This document shows, one piece after another, positions 50,940-64,000 of a stretch of DNA of 64,000 nt (its first letter is position 1; each line of letters starts with the position of its first letter). A program made the translations under genes and the position numbers. The notes beneath the pieces were generated by a model. It was not told the origin of the DNA. It saw only the letters and a program-made list of their open reading frames with translations, and searched no databases. This DNA comes from Dipteris shenzhenensis (Eukaryota), in the NCBI GenBank assembly GCA_047967505.1, contig CM106538.1; one strand, 5' to 3'.

Positions 50940-51830
50940 CCTACTTTGGCTCACACGCTCCTGAATTTGTGGAAAGCTCCTCCCAACAAGTGGTCAGGAT
51001 AGCTGCATCAATTGTGCTAGCAACTAGCTCCCTTAGTGTGAGAGGCTCAACAGCCTTCTCTTGAATTGAGTTGTATACATGTGCCTTTGTTCCAAAGGAA
51101 TAGGGTAGTTCGGTGGTGCCCATGTGATGTGCATACGAGCTTTAAGATTTCTTCCTATGTCTGAGATCTCTAGGTGCCATAGTAGGTCTTCGCATAGTGG
51201 ACTAGCCAGAGGTAGTGCCGGTTGCAGGCATCTCCATATTTGCATGAGGTTCCTCACCAATGGCGAGCTCTCTCTGCGAGGGGTTATCTGTGAAGACCCA
51301 TTTGAATGACACTTGCCAAGTCTTTCCTAAGCGCTGAGTGTTTCCATTTGTTAGTCAAGCCTCAAACTATAACCTGGCTCACCAAGCATGGCTCTGCATC
51401 TCCAGGTCATTGATCCCCAGCCCTCTTCCGTAAGAGGGAAGAACTTGTCTATAGGAAGTTCCAGCTCAGCTAACATAAGCATCCTCTGTGAAGTACCACC
51501 AAGAAGCAATATAGCAATCCGCCGTCACCAACAGTTCTGGTCACTCACGTAAGCTCTACTTGTGAGACAAAGGTATATGCTCCAATAGAGTAGTGTTTGG
51601 TAGATGCTCTCCTGTGCCGAGCTGAAATATCAACCCCTACCAGCCAAGATATCTGGAAATCGGTCCTGAATAAAGCTAACATAAACCCAGGACCTCTTCC
51701 CACTGAGGTTGAGGAGCCGTCTGGTAGATGTTTTCCAATTAACTTGTCCTCTGACACCAAGCAATGTCAGTATGGAAGCTTGTGGTGCCAATTTAGACTC
51801 GATGCCATCCTTTGCATGAACAAGGGGGTG
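50940..51830 (-). mobile_element. Decayed LINE ORF2 fragment
   Basis: Minus strand ISRYLGW (~51640) and LP..GRGLGINDL (~51410-51440), resembling the LINE KYLG and LPKEEGGLG..DL motifs. Confidence 0.5.
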
Positions 51831-53634
51831 TGATCTGTAAACTCAAAATTCTAGGAGGTCATGCTCTTGTTGAATCAAGGCTCTTGAGAATACTAGACCC
51901 AAGTCCTGCACTTGAGATAGTAACCTAGGCCCTTGGCTTGAAATATAAAGGGGGAAGTGGCAAGAGGGAATCCTTAATCAATCAATCCTGTCTTTTATTA
52001 TGACATCAATAGCTTCCCGAAAACACATTTTCTTTTTCATGATGCATATCGATTACTCTTTGGATTTTCTACTAGTCCATCTATCATTTCAATTGTACAA
52101 CAATAAGGGTGACTTAGTTAAATACTTATCTTTAAAAGTACTCCGCAATAGGCTTTGAGCTTGTCAAGATACTGCATTTACATCTTGTTGTAATTTTGGA
52201 ATTACAATTCTAGCTAGCTAGAAGATTGTAATGAAACTTTTAATCACATTGAATGAAATTCAAATACTCAAAAGAGGCCTCCAACTATTTCTGTGATCCT
52301 CCATCATACATTGCTTTTTGAGCCAAAGTGCAACTACATCGACATGAGGCTCACTACTTTCTTTTTGGTATACTATGTGGTTTTTATAGCACCTAACATT
52401 CACATATTTTTCTGGTATTTCTTGCAGTTATCCTTCACGGGAGGACATTCTTCTCGTTGAAGAGGGAAGGCCTCTCCCATGTCTCTGAAGGAGCACATGT
52501 CTCAATGCAATTGAGCACAACTCGAAGATATCATGAGTCCATCGCAGAGACACAAATACCACTACAGTGTTCTCTATGAAGTACAAACTCAATCTATCTT
52601 AAACATTCTTAACTACTAGAAGAGTGATGAGAGAACTATTTCCTCTGCTGCACCCCAGTCCTACTGCCATAGTATGAAGTACTGTCCAAAATGCTACAGT
52701 TTTGGAAAACTGTGTGCGTGTCATGCATTAGGAGGAGTTGGACAAAATATGCAATGCCAATATCTTTAAAATTGTATCAAGAAATGTGATTGGATGTCTT
52801 TATGGTTGTCTGCTCTGTTCCCTTCCCTGGAGATGAGGCATATCCATCACTGAGCGGAATGGAGGCGTTGTACATGAGCCAACAATCTTATGGAAAGTTA
52901 GCTGGAGTGGAATTGTAATGATGTTGTGTCAGAAGAAGCCTATATCTGAAGCAAGTTATTGGACGTTGCAAGAGATGGAATGACGTATGCTGGGTGAATG
53001 ATGCTGCTGTTTGTGACAAGGCGGAGGAGGTTCTCTGTGTATTAGATTGACTTCTCCCAGTATGAGGGAGCTCGAGGATTGCGCACCTCCAGCTGTAGGA
53101 GAACCTGTCTATTCAGAAGATCAGACTCAATGTTAGACTATCCAAACTGTATTGGAAGGGAGGCATGCCAGCTGGAGTCAAATATAGAGCCTCACTTTCA
53201 AACTTATAGTAGGTGACAGATCTCTTAGTGTAAACCCTGATGAAAGATGAGCCAGGAAAGTCTAGACAATCCTGAGATGGAGTCACTGAACCTCAGGACC
53301 TGCTGCTAAATAAGTCATCGTCTGAAAGGGTCCCTCTAGCTGAAGGAGAGTGGCCACAAACTCAGCTATGTGGGTCAAGAGGAATTACCCCGAATAAGTC
53401 TTGAAACATGAGGACTGAAGTTGCTCAAATTGGGATCAATAATGCCTTTGCAATTTGGGTCCAATATGGCCCCTCCATACATGGCTGCTGGTTTCACCAG
53501 CAAGTTTAAATTCCTTTATATTTCGTCTTTATGTCTGGGACACGGTCTGTGAAATATTGCCTCTCTAGTATGGAAAGAGATGTGTATTCCTTCCCTAACC
53601 AGGTACTATGCACAGAGCTCATACTGAGATTCAT

Positions 53635-53775
53635 CCTGCAAATGTACAAAATCATGGCATCAAGATATTTGTACAGACTTCAAAGTAGCACCCTGCAAAT
53701 GTACAAAATCCTAGAAACATGGCATCAAGATATTTGTACAGACTTCAAAGTAGCACCCTGCAAATGTACAAAATC
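53635..53775. repeat. ~56-65 bp tandem repeat, ~2.3 copies
   Basis: cctgcaaatgtacaaaatc occurs 3 times; catggcatcaagatatttgtacagacttcaaagtagcac occurs twice. Confidence 0.9.
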
Positions 53776-53998
53776 AGCCTCAGAGACGAGCATATGAAGT
53801 GTTAAAACTATGGCTTTTGTGTTGAAGAGATTCATTGAAAGTTTGCTGTGATAACAGAAGAAGTTTTAAGGCTCCAAATGGGCCTATACCCATAGTAATA
53901 GAGAGGAATTTTCGACAATCCATCGGTGATACAGACCTTGCGGAAATCTACCCAACTGCCTTGGTATCTGCAATGACAGCGCCTAATGTCTCACTACC

Positions 53999-55286
53999 AT
54001 GCAAAAACCTCAGCCTGCAAGCTCTCATGATACGGCTTGCCTGGCTTTGTCCTACGAAGCAACATTTTTCCATCATTGTAATGCAAGTTGGATCATATTG
54101 GAGAGTTTATTTCTACTGAATAGGCTGTTTTTGTTCCTCGGACTAGAACCTGCGATTCTGGTTTCTAAGGCTCAGGTTTGGTCGTAACTGCTTTTCCATG
54201 TCTGGACCTTAGTTGACTCTTTGGGGGAGAGAAACCGGATACATCAAGAATGAGTGTGGCACAGAATTGTTCTGCATTTGATTGATGTTTTTCCCCTAAC
54301 ATTCTGAGGCTTTGTGTCAAGCTGCATACAGGCTGGGAAAGGTTGTGCAAAGTGCAGAGGAAAAGGCTCGCTGGAGTGTCCAGGTTGTAAGGTAAGCTTC
54401 AAATACATTGCAGAATTCAATCTTTTGTAGAGAGGGGTTACACATGAATGAATGTCAGCATCATACAATGCCTATAGTGATGAATCATGAGCTGTTGCTT
54501 ACTCAGATGTGCAAATTTGCTTCTGTTTGCATAACCTGGCACTTCGCACTCAGGCTGGTTTTTCTGATTAGTCTGAGATCGTGAGCCCTTGATAGAGCGG
54601 TTGCTTTTTACACCAGTTTGAAAGCAAAGATTTAGATTTGGCTCACATGTAAGTGTGTGGTAGGAAAAAGTAGAAAATTTTAAGCCCCCAGTTTTCACTG
54701 TCACATATTCTGCTACATGATACAAGAGACGGGACGGCCCTTATGTTGTTATTAGCCTTTCTTGTATTCTTTTGGTCATGGCAAGGATTGGTCCATGTGC
54801 CTTACGAACTTAACATTTTCAATCAAGTATCTGTTTTTTGTAGGTGGTATGCTAGTAGACACTTATGTCTCCGTTTTCGTTGCCTTCAGGGCAGTGGGAA
54901 GAACAAGAAGAATGGAAACATGTTTGAGCGTTGGAAGTAAGTTTGGATTTACCCTGTTTTCTGGATGTTTCACAAAGCTTGGTTATTTCTTTTATGGATG
55001 CATTCTTTGCCATGACCCTCTACATCTCATTTTAGGCATCGATTCAGCCCTGCTGTGTACCAGTGTGTACGGTTTATTTTTCTATAAAATGCACTGAATT
55101 CAGGGCACTTAATGGAAGCAGCAAGTTATCTGAGACTTCAAACAAGCGGCTCACGAATAATGCATAGGAAGTTTCTGATTCCTTGTTTAAATGTGCAGGT
55201 GTTTTGATTGCCAAGGATTTGGCCTTATAAGCTGCCCAAATTGTGGTAAAGGTGGACTAACCCCTGAGCAAAGAGGAGAAAGGTGA
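53999..55286 (+). CDS. DnaJ-like zinc-finger (Hsp40 cysteine-rich domain) protein; model join(53999-54175,54332-54391,54890-54936,55199-55286), 123 aa; first exon uncertain
   Basis: GT-AG introns with consistent phases give ...VSKAQ|AGKGCAKCRGKGSLECPGCK|GSGKNKKNGNMFERWK|CFDCQGFGLISCPNCGKGGLTPEQRGER*: four CxxCxGxG-type repeats, no J-domain. Confidence 0.88.
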
Positions 55287-56257
55287 AGTTTTACAGGAGA
55301 GAACTCATGGATTTACGCAGATGTACAGTAATACACTAGAATACTGAAGTTGGCCCTGTTAATATTGTTTCTGTTTGTGAAGACGAAATTTAAGTTTTTT
55401 TGTGCTCTTGCCAGTAGGAGAGCTGAGACGAGAGCTAATTTCCACTATGTGGCCAGCTTCTTTGAGCAATATTTAATGTTGGACAAGAGCATTATAACAC
55501 GTGTCTGAGTCTATTTATTGATGAGATCATTTCATTGGTTTTGAGTCTGAATGTAGTCTTGAGCATGCTACCCATAGAACAGGATGGATCATGGAAATGA
55601 AAATAGGAAGTCTTTATAGTTGCGACTTTGCTAGTTTAAATTATCTGAATCTGACATACTATTGTTGTAAGCTGTGTAGCTCAACGTCCCATTTTACTAT
55701 GCTTTCATTGCATGTTAAACAGAAAACGAAAGGTAATCCCCTGTGATAGGCTTGCGAATGAGGACATCTTTCGTAAGCCTAATATTCTCTAAACACACTG
55801 AACAATAGATCAACCCTATGATTCAATGTATAAGCAACAGATAGAACATCTCCCTTTCATTGCAGTTGCTTCCACTTTCACTCCTTTTTTCCAGAAAACA
55901 TTTTCCATTTTATTGAACCTGCTTTCTTGTAGGATTGGATAGTGAAGTCAAATCATAAACTCTTGCCATACCTTTTAGTGGAGTTGAGGTTAGGCTGCAT
56001 TGTCGTTCATTTCCAGAAGGAATTTCACAGAATTGGGCTCGTGATGAGAGAAGATGGTAGCTCGCTTGATTGGCAGATAACGTTGCATGTATGATCTCAA
56101 TCAGAATATTCGCCAAACATTTATCGCCATGCTAGGTACATTCATAAAAATAAATAGAAGCAAAGGGTACCCGGTAAGATGAAAAAGAAAAGACAAGCAT
56201 ACATAGAGAACGATCACATAATGCTTAGTGTAGAAATGAATGGCTTAGACTCATAAT

Positions 56258-56798
56258 GAGAAGCATGACTTGTCATGATTGAACTGCCACCTTAAGAGCT
56301 AATCTAATTGACCGAAATATATTCAAGCTGATGTTCAGTACTGTTTTTACTCCTGGGCTCTACCAGATAAGGATTTCCTTATAGAGAGTAGGGCCTATGT
56401 GATGGCCTTGTAAGCCTTCACTAGGCAAGCTATTGTGGGGAGCTTCAGTAATGTGATCGTTTGGGTGCTGTATTTTTAGGGACTGCATGATCTCTGCATG
56501 CTCTGTCTGAGCTTATTGGAGTTTTGCCTTGATCACCCATCTAGGAGGCTAGTGGCTCTCTTGTGAGAAGCATGACGTGTGGGGATTGAGCTGCTACCTA
56601 AAGAGCTAATCTAATTGACGAAAATATATTCAAGCTGATGTTGGATACTATTTTTCCTCCTGGGCTGCTACCTTAAGAGCTAATCTAATTGACTGAAATA
56701 GATTCCAGCTGATGTTGGATTTCCTCATAGAGAGTAAGGCCTATCTGATGGTCTTGGAGGCCTTCACTAGTCAAGCTATTGTGGGGAGCTTTGGTAAG
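56258..56798. repeat. Local direct duplication (~200 bp unit, with an internal third partial copy)
   Basis: gagaagcatgac...aagagctaatctaattgac...caagctattgtggggagctt at ~56258-56450 and ~56565-56798; aagagctaatctaattgac occurs 3 times. Confidence 0.85.
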
Positions 56799-56799
56799 T

Positions 56800-57091
56800 T
56801 GTTGAAGTCTAAGGGTCGTTGGGCTGGTCATCATCCATGTGCATATGCTGTATATATGGGTAAATGGATAGGAGGATAGAGGCTCTAGCAGGGATCCTAA
56901 GTCCTTTTGTGAAAAGTCCTTATGGACTTAGGGCAACCCCCTTAGGGTTCAGTATATATTGTATCGTATTCATCTTTTTCATATGATAGAGTGTACACTT
57001 TGTATAGCCAACTTTGTAGGATCTGTGTCATCCTAGTTGCTGTGTGTATTGAGTGTAGGAGTGTGTGTCCTCTTTCACATGGTATCAGGGC
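56800..57091 (+). mobile_element. Orphan 280-bp 5' LTR with tRNA-iMet PBS
   Basis: tgttgaag (56800)...ctttcaca (57079) directly followed by tggtatcagggc; internal tatatat. Confidence 0.65.
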
Positions 57092-57704
57092 AGTTAAGGT
57101 CTTGCTTAGTAGGTGAGAGTTTTGATTATGTGTCAATGAATGTTAGATTTTTGAAGTTAGTGAAGCCATGATGCACTTGGTCTAAACTATGTTTTAGGTA
57201 AGAAAATGTAAAGAATGCTGGTTTAGCAAGAGATTTCCAAAAAGTAGTTGTAAAAATTAATGAAAGTGGGGATTCTTGCTAATGAAGTGTTAGAGCAATT
57301 GATAGATTACACACACAAGTGCATGGTTCTGGTTCAAGAGGGCCCAAGAAGGAGTATATGGGGACTGCAACCTTGATGGCTCGTGTATATATGCTAAATG
57401 AATTGTTAGAGAAATTGATAAAGTACACACATGTGCATGGTTCAAGAGGAGCAAAAAAGGAGCTAACCTAATATCTCATATACATATGCTCATTTCTGTT
57501 CATTTTCAATCTAGTGTATAGTTAGACCATTGTTGTTATGCATCTCGCTCACCCTCCACTTTGAAAATTGTATAACTCCTTCCTAAAGTGCCTATGCTTG
57601 TAGTGAAAGTGGACGGATACAAGTTTGTGTTTGTGTTCCTGCCTTCTAAGGGGGGCAATGAATCTTTTCTTTCCAATGGAGCATTCTGTCAACTCACTCC
57701 ATTT

Positions 57705-57963
57705 CCATCCCCATCTCCATCTCCATCTCCATCTCCATCTCCATCTCCATCTCCATCTCCATCTCCATCTCCATCTCCATCTCCATCTCCATCTCTGTCT
57801 TCGTCCCCGTCTCTGTCTCCATCTCCATCCCAATCCCCGTCTCCGTCTCTGTCTCCATCTCCATCCCAATCCCCATCTTCGTCTCCATCTTCGTCTTCGT
57901 TTCCATCTCTGCCTTCCTCTCTGCCGCCTCCATCTCCATCTCCATCTCCATCTCCATCTCCAT
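57705..57963. repeat. (CCATCT)n hexanucleotide microsatellite with a degenerate centre
   Basis: Read directly; explains the SP/HL/DG/EM/WR repeat ORFs. Confidence 0.97.
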
Positions 57964-59725
57964 ACCAATCATTCATTATCATGCATTATGAATATAGAAA
58001 TTTTGAAACATATTTGGCAATATATTATCCAAACACCAACACTAGGATAAACCTCAATCCATGAGTATCTATAATGACATGGGTAAGCATTTACATAAGA
58101 TTTTGGATAAGTCTCTATCAAAGAGCACCACAAGTATCAAGTTGGATAAGCCTCTAGTTGGGCGCACCACCTTAAATAAAGGTAAGCATCTAGAAGGGAG
58201 CACCTCTAGCATAAACGTCCATATGTAAGCACCATCATTAGCAAGAGTTTGGATAATCCGTAAAAAAGAAGCAACATCATAAGCCTCTTGTAAAGAGAAC
58301 TTCACTCAACTGTAAGAATCGTGAGTAGATCATATTCAAATTGAAAATCTAGGTACATATGGAATGCCATTGCCAAAAACAACATCACAATATGGAACAA
58401 GGAATTTCAAGGTTGGAGTCAAGAATCATACTTTCACGACATATGGGAAGATTATTCAAAACAAGATATCCTAGTACAACAATCAAACAATTATGAAGTA
58501 CCAACAACCATCCTTTATGCTCCATATCTATAAATGCATGTCAAAAGACTTTAAGTCCTATGCAAAGGACCTAAATTTCAAGCAAGTTAAAAGTATTCAA
58601 GAGAATAAAATCTTATAATCATTGTTCAAAGAGATTCTAGTTTAGATGATTTCAATTCAAGCATAGCACCGACATTGCAATATGCAATCATACTTTTGAA
58701 TGTCAAATCATGTTCTCAAAGCCACAATTCTTACATTGTTGTCAGTTGTCATTTAAGTTAAAATGCCCCAACTCTTGCTAATTTTAAGAATTCAATCTTT
58801 GATCATTATTGCAATCATTATAAACAATCCATTAGATCTAGAAGAACCATATAAAGATATGTTTCAGTATAAAAAATCATCAATTATATGAACATCCATC
58901 AAGCCGACGCAAGTTCTTTAACAATTATAGAAGCACAATCATTGAGACAATCACTAATAAAAACCAGGGGAAAAATTATGGGTGAATTTTAGCCCAAGGG
59001 CTAATTTAGAGGCTTTCCCAAGTTGGTTGGGCTACTATTTAGAGCTTTAAATTTGATAAATTAGCCCAAAAATAAAGGTGGGCTAATTTTTAGAGCCTCA
59101 AACTTGATAAATAAGCCCTAAGGGTGGAAGTAGGGCTAATATTTATAACTCTATATGGGGAAGGATTTGCCCATTAACCTACATTGTCATAATGTTGTTT
59201 CCTCCTTATTTTTTACCCTGATAAAAACATTGTGATAAGTCAGGAAATGGGATGGAGTTTTAAATACAAATGAATTCAAATATTGCATAGCGTTAATGCA
59301 TGATCAGGTGTAGCCAATTGCAAAACAATTTTTGGGGCCGCGATACCACACTCTAGTGCGTGAGATTTTGAATTTGGGGTGGACTCACGCACTCACCAAA
59401 AAATTTTCTAGCGTAATGATTGCCACACTAATCTAATAAATTTATGGAGACCATCTTCCTGCATCTCATACAAGTCTAAATTTTTAGAGAGCCGATTGAG
59501 GTGACGTGGAGACTTTTGGGGGGAGAGTCCAAAGATCCTGCATAATTACATGCTTCAAAATCCAAGGCTAACAACAAGATGAGAAAACTCTGCCATAAAA
59601 ATCCTTAGCCCTTCATCAACGTCTCTAGGCTATTCATAGAACACAACCAAAAAGAGGTCAGATGTGTACATCCCATCCAATTTGGCGATGTGAAGATTTT
59701 CTTCTTTTTTTGGGGCAAAAGTTAA

Positions 59726-62700
59726 GTTTTTTGTATTATATCAAAATATTTATACATTATCATTCCAGTGAGAAACTCAGAGAGGAGCCATAAAAAAAGC
59801 TCTAGATAAGTATTACAGCAAAAGCATGTCCAGAGAGATAAGCATATCACAGTGCAATAGAAGAAGAAACTAGAGCTACTGCTCTTCAAGATTATAAACT
59901 GGGAGAGTTGTCCGCTGCTCTGTCCTATAGCTTGGAAGTGGATACAATCAAGGTGCTTTTTCAAGTGTTCATCTTTCTCTTAAGGAGCCTTCATTGAAAT
60001 TCACCCTATCGAGGTTAAGCTATTCCTATGCCTGCTCATGACAACAGGGAGTTAGTCTTGCTAGTTAAACAAAATTTTCATGAAGGCAAGCTGTCTTTGG
60101 AGCTGAATTTAGCAAGCCAGTTACAAAATACTTCTTGTGCATCAATGAGAAGGTTGTTAAACTACAAGTTGTTCGTAGAGATCCAAATCTACCATAGTGC
60201 ATGTGCTCTAAGAAGAATGAAAGTGTCCTCTTTAATTTTTTGGGCATCTACTAGAAGAATAGCTTTCCAATTGATAGGTTCCCCTAGTTGAATTTGGACC
60301 ACATTCTTTACCAAAAAGGTGAAATATATCCTCTTTATGTCTTGGGCATCTTTTACAGTGTCCATCCCCTTTGAACCCGTCCCATCTATCCTTCATGGAG
60401 GCTTCAAAGCACATGGAAATCCCAAGAAGTCTAAAAATAGTGCCCTCGGGGATGTTGTGGCACCCAAGTGGAGCTAGTATGGCTTACTATTTTCCAAAGA
60501 GAGTGGAGTAACCTTTTGTGGTGTGGTTGATCACAGAGCCTGAGGCATTGCAAAAGATATGCAAACACTCCAAGATAGCTGAGACACCCTGAGGAGCGTT
60601 TTTGGGTGTCAATGTTGTGTCATAAGCAAAGTTCTGGACCACTTTGACTTTGGTTTGCCTACGACAAGGAGATTGTGGTTCAGCTCATCAAAGCAGTTGA
60701 TACATCCAAGAGTGTTTGCTGTGTGACCAAGTGCTTCCTAGATGGAATCTCTATTCCTTTGAGATATCCTCTTTCAACTTGATCTCTTAGCAGCCACCCT
60801 AAAGAGTCAACTGCAATGGCAAAAAGAAGGGGGGAAAGAGGGCACCCTTGCCTTATAGAACTTTTGAGAAGACTGGGATTTGCCATTAGACCACTAACAC
60901 AAACTTTTGCTGAAGCATTTGAAAGCAAAAGTTTGACATAAGAAACAAATCCATACCCTAGCCCAACATCTTGGAGAGTATGGATGATGAAGTCCCATTC
61001 CCATTCTAATATGTCACATGCCTGATCAAAATCTACTTTTAGAAAGAAGACATCCTAGTTTGTGTCATTGGCATACTCACATCCTTCCCACAAGTTGACA
61101 ATGGCTTCGAGTAGATGCCGACCTTCGATGAAACTTTTCTATTTAGGAGAATCCAAGAGTCCATTCTTTTCTGGATCCTTAGGGTCAAGGTTTTGGCAAA
61201 GATTTTATAACTGTAGTTTAACATTGTCAAGGGTCTCCAAGTTTTCAGTATTTGTCTGTCTCCTCCTTTTGGGATTAACTTTATGCCCCATCCATTGACA
61301 TGAGTAGGCAAGGCATGGGTTTGAAGACTTTATTCCAAGAGCTTTAGAAGGTGTGGCCCTATGTCTTCCTAGAAGACTTTGTAGAGCTCAATGGGGAGAC
61401 CATCCTCCCTAAGAGTTTTTCCATCAGCCATGATGTCCATAATTGCTTTTAGTTCCTTGGGGTGAGTGGTTGGTCCAGGTAGGGATTTTCAATGTTCTAG
61501 ACTACTTTGATTCTGGTTTGCCTGCATCTCTCTCTAGCTTGAAGGATCTAAGCATTTTCTTCTCTTGATGTAGAGGGTAAGGCTTGGAAGGATTACTGGA
61601 TTAGCTTAAGGTTGTCTTCTTTAGAGATAGAAATAGTTTGGTCTTCTTTTTTTAGGAGGAGGACCTCTTTTGCTATCCCTTTCCTCCTAATTAGTTCAAA
61701 GGTTTTAGGGGTTAGTCTGTCTATTTTCCTAGCCCACCAGTCCCTAAAGTAGACCCTATAGTCATTCATCTTCACCAATTTCTGACTTCTTAAGCTTTCC
61801 TTGGCAAGGAGTAGATCAACTTGGGCATATAGTTCACCCTGTCTTGCTCTACTTTCAAGAGCTTCTACAGTTTTGATTGATCCTGTCCATCCTTTGGGCT
61901 CTCATTGTTGCTCTATTTTTCCTCGCCCTCTTGAGAGAATCTTGGGTCATTTGCATTGCCTCTAGCCATGAGTCAGAAGTAGGTCTTTGGAAGGAGAAAG
62001 CATGAGTATATATGTCTCTTACCTGGGTTTGAATTGTCCTCAGGTAAAAACATTTGAGGTCAGCGAGGGAGACTGCTTGCCTTTGCCGAAATCACAAAGA
62101 AAGAGGACTGGTAAAAGAGAGAGAAAGTTGCAAAATTTTGTGAGGAGAAGTCTCTTCTCAAGCTCTTGACCATTTACTTTCACTTGTTCAAGGGCAAAAA
62201 ATGTTGGAGATAGGGAATTGGCTTTCACCCAAAAGGAGATTTCACACCTTGAAGGGTCTATTAATCCACACACATTTAGTGTGAGAAAGGATTTGGTTAC
62301 TATTCCTACTTTTCCACTTTAGCCTTGTGGGGAAGGGCTCTTAATCTGAGGTATGGATTCTTTTATCTGAGATAGTCTCCTCTTGTTATGTATAATATCA
62401 ATTGCTTTACCTTTATCTGTGAAGTCCTTTCCAACAGTTACTAGAGGGGGGAGTTCCTCCTCAGAGAGGTGTTCCTCACCATTCTCTGTCATCATATCAT
62501 CATTTTGGTTGACCTTATTTTCAAACTTTGAGGACCATCCAGGATGTGGGTCCTTGAGAGTTGCCTTGATATTCTCCATTATCCAATCCTTAGTTTCTTT
62601 ATCCAATAAAACTTCAAAAGTGTTCTTTGATAGGAAGGGGTCCTTTACTTTATCTCTTCGTGGCTTCCTTTGTAATTCTGTTACCCTCATCCTACGGTTT

Positions 62701-63630
62701 TTCCTACACAACTCTCTCTTTCTTATTGTGTTTAATCACCCAAGTTGGCTTACTCTTGGTTGAGGGCAACATAACCCCTCTCTTTTTCAAAGAGGAAAAC
62801 ATAAAAAGCTTTTCTCACGAACCTTACATTAGTAACAATGAGCCCTCTCTTGACCCAATTTGTTCTCACCCAATTCTAAATGACAAGGGTAGGGGGTATG
62901 GTGCCAAGGATGAACCCAATGAGTGCATGAGTGACCAACCAATTGACATATTCATATTGGATATTTTCATCAATAAGGGTAGAAACACTTGTACCTGGAC
63001 CAGTAGGCTCTGCATTGTCTTCCAATTCCCCTCCCTCTTCTTGTAGATCTTATGCCATTCCAAGTGTTCTTGCATCTACTCCTGGCACAAAATCGGTTCT
63101 TGCTTTACCATTTGCATGGGGGTGTGTGGCCAATTCCTCTTCTATTGGAGCCTGGGAAATGGAGTGCTCTCCTATTGCATCTCCATCAAAGGGAGAGTGA
63201 TCAATGTTTCTTTTGGTGGTGGGTTTAACAACAATTTCTATTCCTCCTTCAATTGTTGGGGTTCTACCTTTTCTTCATAAGGGGGGACCTGTTGCTGAGG
63301 TTGGGTAGGATCCCCCTCTGGCTCGATGCGCCATTCTTTTGGGTTGGGATTTCAACTGCTTGTTGTTATTTGGGATCTTGGGGTTCCTATTCCTCCAATA
63401 CATAACTACCTTGGTGAAGCATTCTACCTTCCATTCTTGCTCCTTTGTATTCTTTGAGCTTACCAAAGTAGCTCGGCCTCATGGAGGAAGGCATGTATTT
63501 ACTAGGATTGGGCCTAGATGATCCACCTCTCGCTGTCAAGCTGCCTCTCATGGTATTGCTTTTCATTAGGAAAAAATAGAGCTCATTTTGGGGCCTTTTA
63601 GCCAAAAAAGAGAAAAGCCCTGCACCAATC
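59726..63630 (-). mobile_element. Decayed L1-like LINE (ORF1 remnant, truncated endonuclease, RT, zf-RVT, A-rich tail)
   Basis: FLTLNVCGL endonuclease start (~62290); WRPLTMLNYSYKIFAK; IRQGCPLSPLLF; NFAYDTTL; CKRC...EDIFHLF..C; A-rich end near 59726. Confidence 0.88.
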
Positions 63631-64000
63631 AAAGGAAGGCCAACATAACATTGAAAAAATTAGAAAATGGAAAACAAAAGAAATGTGATCGAGTTTGCAT
63701 TCAATGAGGACAATTGAGCTACTTTATTATATATGATGTATGGTGAAGAATTTGGTACTTTTGACATCACCCACGCCTCTAGAGCAGGCTAAAACCCCCT
63801 TAAAGACTTTTGAAACACAAAAAACGGCCCTATGGAGGCCCAAAAAAGTCCAAAAAGGCTCGAAAAGCCATCTGTACAAATGAAAGTGATTTGACAGGTT
63901 GGATTCGGTGTTTTAAAAGTCTTTCTTAGGGTTTTGCCCCGGATGCATCGATGATGTGAGAAGTACCAAATTTTGCACCGTACATAAGTGGGATTATGTC

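Noticed and set aside
54844-54889. Upstream acceptor (ttttgtag at 54843) for the third zinc-finger exon
   Set aside because: It breaks the frame after the phase-0 donor at 54392; the 54889 acceptor preserves CPGCKGSG.
53999-55286. Assigning a gene symbol (PSA2, BSD2, LQY1) to the zinc-finger gene
   Set aside because: The C-terminus does not match those proteins as I recall them; orthology needs a search.
57549-58064. Extensin-like (SP)n or other dipeptide-repeat proteins
   Set aside because: Most frames are open because of a (CCATCT)n microsatellite; no signal peptide or gene structure.

Overview
Eukaryotic land-plant genomic DNA, almost entirely decayed and nested transposable elements; a fern-like large genome is my inference, not something the sequence proves. 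From left to right: a chromodomain-bearing Ty3/gypsy element (+, ~1176-6400); a ~14 kb Athila-like gypsy element with 1.2 kb LTRs, an assembly gap and ~3.7 kb of extra 3' ORFs (+, 10517-24654); two same-family LTRs in tail-to-tail orientation (28856-30506); a truncated minus-strand gypsy whose pol continues past integrase into a SECOND aspartic protease domain (29593-37575); LTR fragments; a possible Harbinger remnant; an internally deleted Ty1/copia with 170-bp LTRs and a perfect GCAAG target-site duplication (-, 41757-45982); copia and LINE fragments; and a deleted LINE (-, ~59726-63630). One host gene is supported: a spliced DnaJ-like (CxxCxGxG) zinc-finger gene (+, exons 54332-54391, 54890-54936, 55199-55286; first coding exon uncertain). 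The most unusual signals are the dual-protease retrotransposon architecture and the unannotated extra ORFs. All alignments and identities were judged by eye; no database searches were run.
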